Source: Nageia nagi (Eukaryota; Plantae; Pinophyta). Taken from it: DNA of 64,000 nt. Below the pieces are notes generated by a model that saw nothing but the letters and a program-made list of their open reading frames with translations, did no database searches and was not told the origin of the DNA. Both the position numbers and the translations under genes were made by a program. The DNA lies in contig JBITNC010000001.1 of NCBI GenBank assembly GCA_050084985.1, positions 103,168,001-103,232,000 on the forward strand, read 5' to 3'. Below are positions 25,746 to 38,619 of this stretch, piece by piece; the first letter of the stretch is position 1, and every line of letters starts with the position of its first letter.

Positions 25746-28209
25746 GGTTTTGGAATCTTAGGGATTCTATTGGGTTAATGAAGTTGCCTTCAAAAGGGAG
25801 TAAAGTTTGAATTTTTGGTGAATCCATTGTAACTACTTCCTTCTTAATAAAGTTATTGAGCACTTTATTTTCTTTCTATACTTTGATTAGGTGACTATAA
25901 GTATGGGCTTGGCATCTTAATTGATGAATTATAGCGCACCACAAATCCAAGCATATTATATCAAGGAGAAAGTTCTTGATGCAACAATTGTAGCTCTATT
26001 CATCTAACTTTGTCTCACTTGATTTATTCACTAAATACTTTAGAAACTTTTTTGTGCACACTTTGAAAGTTTCTTATGGTAGTAAAGTTGTCCTCAAGGG
26101 GGAGTGAAGGTTGAATTCCATATTTATGATGACAATTTCATCCCTAGGAGGTTATATTTGTTGTATAGTGTTGATCTAAATGTACATCTTCAATATTAGT
26201 TTGCTTTGTGTGAGGAAATCATGGTGCATTTTAGTTTTTATTATCACTATGTAAGGAATCAGTATGTGTTAGTTGGCACTATTTGGTCATCCATATGTGA
26301 GTGATTTATATATGCATATCCTTTTTTTTGTTATTGATAAATAAATTTTTTCTAATATACAAAAAATGACTATAAGTATTAGCTTCGCATCTTTGTGAAA
26401 ACTTATAGTGCATCATTGATTAATTTATAGATGGTATTACTTAGTTCATTTATCTTGTGATTGATATGAGTGTTTATATGATGCATCTAACTGATCTTAT
26501 TTATGACCTATTTGTAGCTTGCAAGTTTCTCTTGAGAATGCAGGTCACTTACTTCAAGTGGGCAGGCTCATGAAGGCTCACATGTTAACTCAATATTGAT
26601 CAACTATACTTACAGTGAAACTAGTTATATTTAATGATTGTATTATACACCATTTTATCAAATGGTATTGTAGTGAGTATCAAATTAAGATCTTGCTTAT
26701 TTATCAAATATGTAAAAATTCTCATCTTTATTTTTATCTCTTTAGAGGAGAACTTTTTCTTAATTTCTCTTTCTTATTTCTCTACACTCTATCCCAATAT
26801 TACATTAAGAGGGAGTATTAGAATTTGTAATATAATATTGTATAATATTTCTATTTAATATAAATTCACTTAATTCTTAAATTATCTTTAGATACCTGAA
26901 AGCATTAAGGGAATACATATAGAAAGGGGAATAAATATAGAAACACCTTTAACATTACCCTTGGGTTAAATGGAGGTTAAAGGGTGGGTATCTTATTATA
27001 AATAAAGAGGTACCCCTCCTCTCATTATAATGAAAATAATTGTAAAGAAAACTTTGCTTTAGGTTTAGGGTTTGGAGAGAGGAGAGATTCTATAAGAGAG
27101 GTATTTGAGAATAAGAAGATCTTAGTTAGTGTATGTACTCTGAAGGAGGGAGGAACCACTTTATATCTTGTGTTATTATGCTATTTTATTGATGTTGTAA
27201 GTTCCCTCTTGAGATCATGGTAAACTAGATATTAATTCAGAAAGGATTAATTTCATCAATTGGTTCAATGATCAATCAATTGATTACTTAGTTTCCTTAC
27301 TTGGTTCACCTAGTAGGTTTACTCATGGGTTTACCTAACCATCATACCAATTATCCCTAATCAATATACAACATATCAGTTAGGTATGATTTGATTAATG
27401 TTTCTTCTTTTCTCATGAATTTCATCAACCATTTTCACTCATCAATTGACAAGATGGATGTGGCTCTATTTTGGACCTCATCCTATCTTCTTACTTGAGG
27501 GGAATGTAATCACCCAATCATTTCATATTTTTATCATGGTCATATAATAAATAAACCCCATAGGTGTGATCAATGTTTATAAAATCAATGTTTTAATTTT
27601 GTATTCTTGTTTATTGTATTCACTATTCAACATATTTTATAATTTATCATTTAGAATTACATCTTTTTTAGGTGTTGCATGCTTGCATGTTATGGTTGAG
27701 TGCTTGGTAGGTTTGCAAGCCTATTATTGATCATTTTACATGACTATATATCTTATCTAATCATATCATTTGACATGACTATGTCACTATCATTCCACCC
27801 TTTGAGTGTTTGGAAAAAGTAGGAACATTGATCATATTATGCTTTAGCTATTGGGGAAAAGTAGAGATTATTTTCTTTATCATGAGTACTTGATATGAAT
27901 ATATCACATCATCATATACTATATTTTACAATTCCATTCTATGATAATTTATTTTTAACATTTTAGTGGCATGATTGAGTCATTATTATACCTTTTATTC
28001 TCAAGTACAAACTAGTTATCACACTATAGTGTTGGCACCATGAGGTGTTATAGATTTACATACTCGTAGCATGATTATGTTGAACCTTATCAACATAGCA
28101 CACAATAGCACCATATCACACACATTTCACTTATTTTTGTATTGCATTTCTCATATAATCATAAAATTTTATTTTGCATCTCGTAGAAATTGACACAAAA
28201 AGGGGCATC

Positions 28210-29224
28210 TATAAACACCTAAAAATTGTTCGTTCACCTAACTTAGGTGACTCATGATGACTTAACATGTTTTTAATCTTATAATGATTACATTAGCCTA
28301 TATACCCTATGTGAAAACTCTCATATGATCATTTTTTGGTAACTTGACCCCTTGTTAACACTTTGTCAATCCTAACCCTAATCAACTTATCAATTAGGCA
28401 ATCAATCAATTAAAAAGGTATGACACCCTAACCAACCTACTAGTTGACACTTATCAAGATATAAAAGTCAATTTAAAGTTATTTATCCCTCTCTCTCTAA
28501 TGTATAGCTCATGATTTCTTGCATGCTCAGCCTCCTTTCAAGTGCATACACTAATCTTGGAAGCCTTCTACACCCTATGTGAGCTCTACCCACCATTTTC
28601 CAAGGCAAAAAGGGAGATGTTATCCTCATCCAAGCAAGGGAATCTTACGTAAACTCATGTGATTTGGATTTTTATATGGAATAAAATTATTTCAATTTGT
28701 TTTGTAGGTCTTGAAGCTCATCCAAGTGCATCAAAACTGTACCCTTTTTGGGATATTTTAAATATATTTGTGTATGGCTATATTTAGCATATTTTGGGCT
28801 AGTCTCTTGGTATACTTAGGATAGATTAGTTTATTTTATTTTCAAATAAATAGAAAACCATTTTGTATTTTTTTTAGTTTATGTTATCTTGCATCATAGG
28901 CATTGAGCTACTTTTGAGTGCCTTTTTGACTTAAGGCTTGGGCATTTACAAGCATACAAGTATCATCTTGCTTGTCTATAGGGTCTTAAGACCTAGAGCT
29001 TAGAAAGCCCCATAAATCTTTATTTTTTATGTTATTTTATGACCTAGGGAGCTTAAACCAAGGATAAATGTCTTACCCTTCCCTCCATTTTTCTTGTTTA
29101 TCATTTTTTTTATCATTTAGCAAGCAATATTTTAGATATTACAAGTGTATATTTGCAAGACCCTTGGGTTCTCACATTTTTGGTGTAGCTAGCTCAAGTG
29201 GTGGGTTCTTGTGGATGCTTTACA
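28210..29224 (+). repeat. 3' LTR of Tat element
   Basis: Starts TATAAACACCTAAAAATT (deaminated TG) after the PPT, ends GCTTTACA, and is homologous to 6416-7221. Confidence 0.85.
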
Positions 29225-29381
29225 TCCACATTATATCTTATGTTGTGATATTCATTCATTATGTGTGATTATATTATGATGATTGATTAGCTAATTTATA
29301 ATCTAGAAAGAAATAACAAAGTTTGCAAGGTTTTAGAACATATTAATTCACCCCCCTCTCAGTGTCACTATGAGTATAACA
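29225..29381 (+). repeat. 3' end of a Copia (SIRE-like) LTR fragment
   Basis: AATTCACCCCCCTCTC (29345-29360) followed by ...TAACA, a typical Copia/SIRE U5 terminus. Confidence 0.5.
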
Positions 29382-29830
29382 CAACACCCAAATTTCTAAT
29401 CCTATCAATCATATCTTCCTATAAATATATATTCTCAATAATAAGCATTAATGTAATGTGTTGATCTTCTTATTATAAGATATTATTTTTAGGAATTTAA
29501 GGGGAATATTCCAAAAGTTGATTTAGGATAGGTATCTCTTATGAACTTATCAAGGTGATCCAACTGATTCTTGATAGTGGTTTCATCTTTGAAAGATTTA
29601 TTGAAGATGAAATATCTAAATATAATGGATTTTTTATTCATACTATCATAAAATTATTTAAATATATTAAATAATATATTTTTAAATCATTGTACCCAAT
29701 TAATTTCTTTATTCCTTAGAAGTAAAGGTGAGATCCTTTAGGAATGGAGTACAATCATACCACATTTCATAAGGAGTCTCATTTTAGAGAGTTGTTGATG
29801 GAAACCTATTTTTGATATATTTTTAACACT
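29382..29830 (-). pseudogene. Small retroelement coding fragments (Gypsy protease-like; Copia integrase)
   Basis: QNRFPSTTL*NETPYEMWYDCTP (~29815-29745) is Copia integrase-like. HITLMLIIENIYL*EDMID (~29460-29400) is protease-like. Confidence 0.5.
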
Positions 29831-30589
29831 AAAAATTAATTTTTACATGATCAATAATATTAATTATGATACCAAAAAAAATAAAAATAAATTATCTAAA
29901 ACTCAATAATTATAACTCTCAAGACATAATTCCTCTATACCCTAAACCTAATAAAATCTAAAATGTAAATTTGGATTTGATAGGTGGTGTTGAAGAATAC
30001 TTGGGAAAATTTTTATAGGTTCACTATTAGGGTCCAACTTTTGACATTATCCATGAAAGTAAATTCCTTTCTCCATTTATAGATGAACTTTCCTATCATA
30101 GGCCAAGATATCTTGGCTAGATATCCTTCGACCTATCACCACAAAGGATTGAAAGAAGTGAAATTCTCTTTAACCAAGAAATATACCTCAAATATAGAAA
30201 TAAATTAATTAATTAACTTAGATAACTAAAATATGATTTTTTAATTAAATAAAAATCAAATTTATGTGTTAATAGATTCTCTCATTTGAATATGTTTTGA
30301 GGTATCAAGATATAATTTAAAGAAAAAATTAAAATTGAAAATAAAAATACATCCCTATTTATGACGATTTCTTAGGGTTCCCTAGTTTTTCAATCCTCCA
30401 TTGTTATTTATAAACTCAATACATTGATACTTTGTAGTATGTCCACGCATGTACTTTCCTTATACATGTCCCCTATTTATCTTAGTATTTGCAATCAAGG
30501 TGTAATTGAAATGGAAGAGACCTAGGAAAAGGAAAGTACTTTTAAAAATACCAAGAGAAGACTACACATAAATATAACATCTTAAGTAC

Positions 30590-30765
30590 TAAAAATGATA
30601 CCTCCAAAATGAGACCTTCCTAAATAACTTGGCACACCTCCAACACTAAAGTGTTAGAAATGGGTACTATTTTAGCCAAATCACCAAATGTGATACCTCC
30701 AAAATGAGATATTCTTAGATGAATAGTTACACCTCTATTAATGAAAGTGATAGAAATAAATACTT
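30590..30765. repeat. Two degenerate tandem copies of a ~95 bp unit
   Basis: TGATACCTCCAAAATGAGA...ACACCTC...AAAGTG.TAGAAAT occurs at ~30596 and ~30691. Confidence 0.65.
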
Positions 30766-32929
30766 AATTCTATAAGCATCAAAAGGGACTACTTCTAAAA
30801 TCTATAAAATTGCTTTAACTTTGTATTTTTTAACTACAATATGAAATTGATTTTTGAAAAACTTAATTAACATCAAATACTAATATAATGTACAATAAAA
30901 TATACTTACATTTACCTATGTTGATGAGCTACATAATCCAAATGAATAATGAAGTAATATACCTTAAAACCTTAATGATAATCATGAACATTCTGAGCTT
31001 AAAAATCACTTTGGAGTCATATGATAACACACCTCATTTGAGTTATTTTTTTACAATATTTTATTTGAAGATTAGAAAACTTATTTTGCATATTTGGGTG
31101 CCCTATCTTGTTCCCATGGAATAATATGAACAAAATAAGATGAATAACAATTTCCTCAAATCATAAGGATTTGCTTTCTTAATTTACTATGTTTTTCTAT
31201 TTTTTCTAATCTTAAAATGAAAGGCATATGATAATTGAAATTACTAAATACCACTAAATAAAATTCAATATTAAGACCCATAAAACATTCCCAAAAATTG
31301 TATATCAATGCACTATAATATGAAAAAACAATCTACTAAAACTTATTGAAAACTTGATGGAACATCTTCCCATGTTACCCTTGACATTAATAACAATAAA
31401 ATACTAATAGAAAGTAGTTGAAAGGATCTAAAATACTATGTTATACATAGAATATCTTAAGGTGCATAATATTAACCACATACTTCAATTCCATTCCCTT
31501 AATTATTTCCAACTTATATGCCCCCAAGTCATACTTTGCTACAACAATATAGGGACCAATAAAATAAGGCTCAAAATTTTCTTTATTTTTTTTTGCTTTA
31601 TTGCCTTAATGTTTTCTTGATTCTCTCTAAGTACCAAGTATCCAACCTTAAATTCCTTGGGAATAATCTTTTATCTAATTAAATTCTTAACTTTATTTTG
31701 ATAAAATATTAAATGCTCCTAAGAATTTAACCTTTTCTCATCTAACCCCTCTAAATATTCCAATCTTGCCTTTTTTCTATCTTTATTTGGGATCATTCCT
31801 TCTAAATATACTCTCAATGATGGTATCTCCAACTCCAAAGGAGCTAGAAACTCATCTCCATACACAAGGTAAAATGGAGTAGCACCTATTGTAATCCTTA
31901 TACTCATCCTATATGGCCAAAGTGAATATGTAAGTTGATGATGTAAATCTTTTCCATTCTCCTCAACTATTTTTTATAAGATAATAATAATGGTTTTGAT
32001 ACTAGGTTCTAGGTTTCTATTTACTTGAGGATAGTATGGAGGAGAAAAATTACTTTCAATATTAAACTTCTTGCAAAACTCCTTTACCTTATTTCCACTA
32101 AAATTTAGCCTATTATCCATGAAGAGCTTGGATGGGATCCCAAATAATTTTATTATATTCTCAACAATAAACTCTAATTTTATTTCCCTTAGAATATTTC
32201 AATAGGATTTCATCCACCTACTTGGTGAACTATTCCATAGCTATGATAATGAAATCATGCACCTCTCTAGAATGTGGATTTATTATATGGCCAAGATGAA
32301 ACAATCACATTTAATTGATGAGAAGAAGTGGGATGCAATCTATCATTCATTTGAAATTTCTCATATTTCTTAACATGCTCATAACAATTATTCTCCATTG
32401 ATGGAAAATAATATCCTAATATAAGAGACTTAAAATAAATTATTTTTGAGAAATAAATCTTCTAATTACTTGTAGCTTAACTTACATACTTTTTAAATCC
32501 TTCAAATTCCTTGGAGAAGGCATATATTCAAAGGATTTCACATTCTTTGGATATACTTCAATACCTCTTATTGAAATAATACATAAAAGTAGCTTTTTGG
32601 AAGAAAATCCAAATGCACATTTTTTAGGCTTTTAATCTCAAATTTATTAGACATGAATGAAAGAGATGTATTCCATTAATGAGAATAGGGTTTGAATACA
32701 ATAATGGTTGGGAATTATGTTCTTGTACAATAACGAACTCCACATGAGAAACCCTAATATCAAACAAACATAAATAATGTTAATAATATATTAACATTAC
32801 ATTTATTACAATAGTAGATACCTAAATGTATCTATTTATCTAATGTATTATATATTATAATACCCCCCATAATACATTAGGTCTTCAACGGACATGAGAG
32901 GAAGATTTGAAAGTATTTAAACTTTCCAC

Positions 32930-35808
32930 TATCAAAAGATTTGGTGAATATATATGCAATTTGCTTCTTCATGGAAATGTAGTGAAATTGGATGCTGTGT
33001 AGTGAAATATGATCCCGAATGAAGTGCACCTATATCTCAATGTGTTTGGTGTGCTCCTAAAAGCAAGGATTTCAAACTAGTTTCAATACACCTTGATTGT
33101 TGCTATGCAAAATTATGGCTTGTTTATGAAGAATTCCAATGTTTATCAAAATGCGATAAACCATACTACTTCACAAACAACATCTCCTACAACATAGTAT
33201 TTCAACTCTATGGTGGATCTAGATGTGATGCTTTATTTCTTGCTACCCCATGAAATCAGTCTAGATCCAAGGAAGAACTCATATCCTATAGTCAATATTC
33301 TATCATCCAAGGATCCTAAATAATCTGCATTCGTGTATCCAAATAAGATGAACTTATTATTCTTCTTGTACTCTCGGCCATAACTATCAATTCCATGGAT
33401 GTATCTCAAGACATACTTTGTTACAGTCTAATGGGCCTTCTTTAGTTCATGCATAAATCTTGAAAGATAGTTGATAACATAACAAATATCTGACCTGGTG
33501 TATGCTAGGTTTATTAACCCTATAATTAGTAGATGGTAGATAGTTACATTTAATAATGGAGAACAATAATGGTATGAAAAATGTAAACTAGGTTCAATTG
33601 GCATGGACATCGATTGGAAATATTTCATCCTAAATTTATCCAACAATTTTTTGGTGTATTTCATCTATAAAATAAATATTTGGTCCTACATATGCTAGAA
33701 TTCCAATCCAAGGAAATAGTGAAATAAACCAAGGTCAATCATGTCGAATGATCTTTTGAGATCATCTTTGCAAGATGTGATCAACTCCTCAATGCTACCT
33801 TTGATAAACATATCATCGATATATATTAAAGCTATGATAATATCTACCCCATGTTGTCGAAGGTAGAGGTTAGGATCATACAAACTCCTATTGAATTCAT
33901 GTTGTAGTAGATGGGAATCAATTTTCATGTACCAAGATTGTGGAGCCTATTTCAAGCCATACAAAGATGATCAATCTACACACTTTTATTTTTGTTGTAT
34001 CAATCACAAATCCTTCAAGTTGCTGCATGTAGACTTCTTCCTCTAAGTATACATTTAGGAAGGTGCTCTTTACATTCATCTAGTGGACTTTCTAGCCAAA
34101 TTGTGTTGCCATTGTAAAATCAATTCTGATGGTCTTCATCTTGGCTATGAGAGCAAAAGTATCTTCATAGTTGATACCTTCATGTTGAGCATATCCTTTG
34201 GTAATAAGTCAAGCTTTGTACTTATTGAGTATACCATTAGTGTTGTACTTGGTTTTGAACACCCATTTACATCCAGTTACCTTCTTCCTTGATGGAAGAT
34301 CTACCAACTTCCATGTGCTATTTTCCATCAATGCATCATACTTAGCCTACATAGATGAATTCCAATGCAGTAGCTTAATAGTTTCACAAACCATTTTAGG
34401 TTTTGGTGTATTCACAACTATTCTCATAAGTGCCAAATTCACTTCTTCACAAGTCATGCTCCATTTCCTTACTCTTTAAATTCAAGTATTTGGTGGAGCA
34501 CTCTGATTTGAATCTTGTAGTGTATTTTGGTATCAATTAGGAATTTGAGGTGGAAAATTCACAACTAGAGCTTCTCTTATTATCCTCATCATCATAATTG
34601 ATTATGGGGCTATTTTTAGGTTTAGTTACCTCTAGATGTGGACTAGTTGAAGATTCTTGCACAATATCAAACTCCACCTTTATATTATTATCCAAAATCT
34701 AACTAACTAACAAGAGATTCTTTGTGAACCCTAAGACATACAAGACCTCTTTGAAATGATAGTTGTTCTTTCCAATTTGAACATGAACATCATTCTTTCC
34801 TTCAATATCATGCGATATGTCATCATCCAATTGAACTTGAATAGGATTTTTGTTATCATCCAAGGAAGCAAACCAATCCTTTTAGCTAGTCCTGTGATTG
34901 GAAGCACTGAAATCAACATACAAAGTGGAGGAGATTGAAGTGTTCTCTTGATGAAAAAATGAGATTACTAACATCTTCAATCAATTGATTAATAACATTT
35001 ACAATATTTTTATGTTGTTGTCTCTATTGTGGTCATCTTTTTTCCATTCCCTCTAATTATGAGGGTTTTTTCCTTATTATTTTGGATTCTTATTGCTCAA
35101 ATAGCCTTGAGAAAAATAATTGTACCAATAATCCTGCAATTCATTCCCTTTCTTACCATAAATTATACAACTTTTTTTCTGCTTATCATTTGAATGTGAG
35201 GGAATTTTTTCTTTACCTTTATGTTGGAAGGGTTTCTTACCTTGTTGATTTGACATCATAGCTTACTCCTCTTTGTTCAATTTGCATGGGAGGCTTCCTC
35301 TTGCTGCAACATATTCATCAACTTATCAAAAGTTGATTTCTAATCCAAAATAATGGGTACCAAGGATGTGTCTTCCATCTTCTCTCCTAGTGTTTGTAGG
35401 GAGGCTCAGAGTTTTGAAATATGGTGAAGGAAAGACTCCATGATCTCTCCTCTCTTCAACCAAAGATTATGTAACTAGCATTGCAAATGTAGAATTTAAT
35501 TTTGATTATTGGACTTATAGACTTGTTGCAACTTCTTCCATGCATCATCTGTTGTTGTGCAATCACATATATGAGATTGGACATTATCTATGATACCAAG
35601 AAGGATTATCATAACACTTTATTTTTGCAATGATCAAATTTTGTTTGGTCTTCACCAATAATCTATGGACGGGTTTTGGTGTCACTACATTTCCCCATAA
35701 ATCTTCAAAGCAAAGAATTACTTGAATCTTTATCTTCTAGGTGGCATAATTATCCTTTTTCAACACTTGGGAGTTAGGAAATAGGATTTTGGGGGCAATC
35801 TGGGCCAT
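32930..35808 (-). pseudogene. Copia B gag, protease, RT, RNase H
   Basis: gag start MAQIAPKILFPNSQVLKKDNYAT*KIKIQ (35808); PR FKEVLYVLGFTKNLL; RT LIYIDDMFI, DLGLFHYFLG, TRSDICYVINYLSRFM; RH KHIEI*VHFIRD. Confidence 0.9.
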
Positions 35809-36574
35809 ATTTATCTGGCAATTAGTAGTCTTCAATATTCAATTTGAAAAAACTTTACTCACTATGGAGTGTGCAACAAATTTTGTTCTCCTCTCTTTTT
35901 CCTTCAAAAAACTCAATTTCAAAACTCCTTTGAGGTATTAATTGAGCTTGGCTCAAAAAGTTAATTAAGTACCTTTAAATTTTGATCATATACTTAATGT
36001 GATTATTGCACATGTTAAAAAATATTTTTAAGTTGAGATGGAGGGATTTGAAATCTTGACCTTGTATGTACAATGTTGGTGTTTTGCCAATACATCAAGG
36101 GGCTCTCCTTGGGAGGAATATGACTTGGTTTCTTTCTTTATCCCAAGTTTGAGTTTCCTCTTTTAAAATTTGAATTATGCAATCTTTTGGCAAATAATTT
36201 AATTTACTTCAAATATTTATTTGCGATGCAAATAAATAATAAATCTCCTCCAACTAATTTTTGTGAGAAAATATTTTAATAATTTGATCTCCTTCAAGGT
36301 GAAATGATTATTCTTTCATAACATTTAATTAGACTCCTCAATAGTGTATTTGCTAGGAAAAATTATTTTCTGGGTAAAATATTATATTTCCTCTAATGTA
36401 ATTGTGCTTCCAAATTTATTACGTTGGGCGAATTATTGTTCTTTTCTCCAAATATTAATTATGACCAAAAAATATGTTAGCATTGTGAAAGCTTTCAAAT
36501 ATTAAATTCAAACTTTAGGATGGGCGATTAATTGTACGATTTCATTGGCTGTTGGAAAAAAAATTGATTATTTG

Positions 36575-37390
36575 CAGAAAGCCATGGAGGAGGACGTGCA
36601 TGTTTGGAGGCAACAACGTTATTCCAACCAGATCAATTCACCTTTTGTGATATTATTATTGGTAGTGCAGTGTTGGGTGCTTAAGGCAGAGGAAGAAGGA
36701 GTGCAACCAGATTAATTCACCTTTCGCATCGTTCTCAAATACCGTGAGCAGTGGAAGAGGCCATTTGGTGGAGGGAGTGCGTGGGCATGGCCAGATGATG
36801 GAGGAGGAGGCTACGCTATGATTTAGATAGGATACGCTGGGAGGATACAATTGCATGGACTATACGTTCGGGCAGCATGAGCAAGCTACATCTTGGGAGG
36901 AGGCAGCATCTGGTGGCTGTGAGACTGCACTTTGGGAGGCTAGCAACATGCACGAATTGGGTGAGGTGTGCACGGTGCACATTGTTGGCTGGTGGGCTAT
37001 TAGGTAAGAGGAGGTTATGTTTGTTGTTTTTTAAGTTAGCTTAGCAAGATGTTGGGCAAGGTAATACATATTTCTCTCTACTCTTCAAAAAATTTTCAGA
37101 CAACATGAGGGAAGGATCTGAAGCGTTGTGTTCTTGGATAGGACCGAATGATGCACACATGGGAGGGCAGCGTATGAGATAATGCTCTACTTTTTCTCCT
37201 CACAATTTGTACTTTCTTAGATTTGTAACAATAGATTACGATCTTCTCCTTTCTTCTTTAGATCTTGAACACATAATGGTTATGTGTCAAGGATCTTTTT
37301 GTACTTCACTTCTCTAGCTCAATCATCCCTAGGATATAGCAAACAATCATAACTACATTGGGTAGATTGAGGAGAGAAGGAAGATAATGC
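36575..37390 (+). pseudogene. Mosaic of PLS-class PPR fragments in the Copia B leader, antisense to the element
   Basis: Plus frames: HGGGRACLEATTLFQPDQFTFCDIIIGSAVLGA (36583-36681); EEEGVQPD*FTFRIVLK (36689-36739); LVEGVRGHGQMMEE; ELGE/VHG/HIV; KIF/DNMREGSEALCSW; DNALLF; THNGYVSRIFLYF. Confidence 0.8.
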
Positions 37391-37897
37391 ATTTTTCTCT
37401 GAAACCATATTGGAAATGAACAAAAGATATCTATTCCATTAATAAGAATATGGTTTAAATACAATAGTGGTCTTGAGTTATGTTCTCGTACAGACTCCAA
37501 GTGATAAAACCTAATATCAAACTAAACATAAGTAATGTTAATAATATATTAAATTTACATTTATTACTATAGTAGATACGTAAATGTATCTATTTATCTA
37601 ATGTATTATTTATTCTAATAAACTTATATTTCCTTAATCACTCAAAAATAGCCCTTAAATCCACTGAATGAAAATATCATTTATTTATTTTAGTCAAAAT
37701 ATCCTTATTATAAACCTTCAAAGAATGATGAATTAAATCATGAAACATGTTATCATAGCTCTTTGATAGGTGACTCTTGCATATTTCTATCCAAAAGGAA
37801 ACACCATATATTGTTGATCATCTTTGTTGATCTTTATTTGAGTATAGCCAAAATATTTATCAACAAAATTAAAAACATTAATGCCAATCATAAAATA

Positions 37898-38619
37898 TGT
37901 TAACACCTAAAAATAAATTTTAATTTAATTAAAATACACCTTTTTAGTTATTCAAAATGATTTATTTAAATTATTAAATAAATGTCTTTATCTACATGCA
38001 CTCTCATCAACCTTTATATTTTATGGTAACAAGTGGGTCGGCCTCACAATAAACCCAAGGAGGAGGAACCTTGGCACTCTACCTGTTGCCTATAAAAGGT
38101 GGAGAGGTGTTCATGATCATCAATAATACATGATCTTGCATTATCTTGAATCCTTAATGGATGGAAATTACTAGTATCATTATTGATTGATGTTTCTCAA
38201 CGCCACCTATCAATTTTAAAAATTGTTATACTTTGAGCTATACATCCTTACAATCTTTCACACCTCTATGCATGATATTATATGGAACAAAGCATGGATG
38301 ATGACACCAAGCTTGAGGTGAGGCTAAACTAGAAAGGTAGCCAAGTGTCGTCACTAGGTTTCTAGCATCATTGTTGGGTTAAAGGTGGATTGGTGGCTCT
38401 ATTATTTGAAGAGGCTCATAATTCATCTCCTTTCATCTAGATATCACCTTCGATCATCATTGTAGGTAAAGTACAAGTTTGTATCTTTCATTTTCCATTG
38501 TTGATAGGTTAAGGACAATTCGATTACTATTATTGCTTGTACATAATTTTGTGGTTAATTGAATATTTTGTAGATAACCGTAATTTAATATTTAATTTTA
38601 TTATTTTTTGGTTATAAAA
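37898..38619 (+). repeat. Solo LTR (Gypsy Tat-like) inserted in RT
   Basis: Starts TGTTAACACCTAAAAAT, has TATA CCTATAAAAGG (~38089), AAATA on both sides, and the host RT continues across it. Confidence 0.75.

Larger units (their letters stand above)
22224..27258 (+). mobile_element. Ty1/Copia element C nested in the Tat 3' region; gag and integrase deleted
   Basis: LTRs 22224-22639 and 26816-27258 align. PBS TTGTATCAAAGCC (tRNA-iMet-like) at 22642-22654. PPT AAGAGGGAG before 26816. No matching TSD found. Confidence 0.85.
6416..29224 (+). mobile_element. Ty3/Gypsy Tat-clade (Ogre/Retand-type) retrotransposon, decayed; 5' LTR truncated
   Basis: Paired LTRs, PBS, gag-PR-RT-RH-aRH-INT order, antisense PMD ORF, PPT AAAAAGGGGCATC at about 28197-28209. 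Confidence 0.85.
32645..37620 (-). mobile_element. Ty1/Copia element B (integrase deleted) with short LTRs
   Basis: LTRs 32645-32862 and 37408-37620 align. PBS = reverse complement of CTCTGAAACCA at 37397-37407 (tRNA-iMet-like). PPT = reverse complement of CCCCCC at 32863. TSD AAATT/AACTT (1 mismatch). Confidence 0.9.

Noticed and set aside
36575-37390. miRNA hairpin precursor or CRISPR-like repeat-spacer array
   Set aside because: No long inverted repeat and no constant direct repeat between snippets visible by eye.
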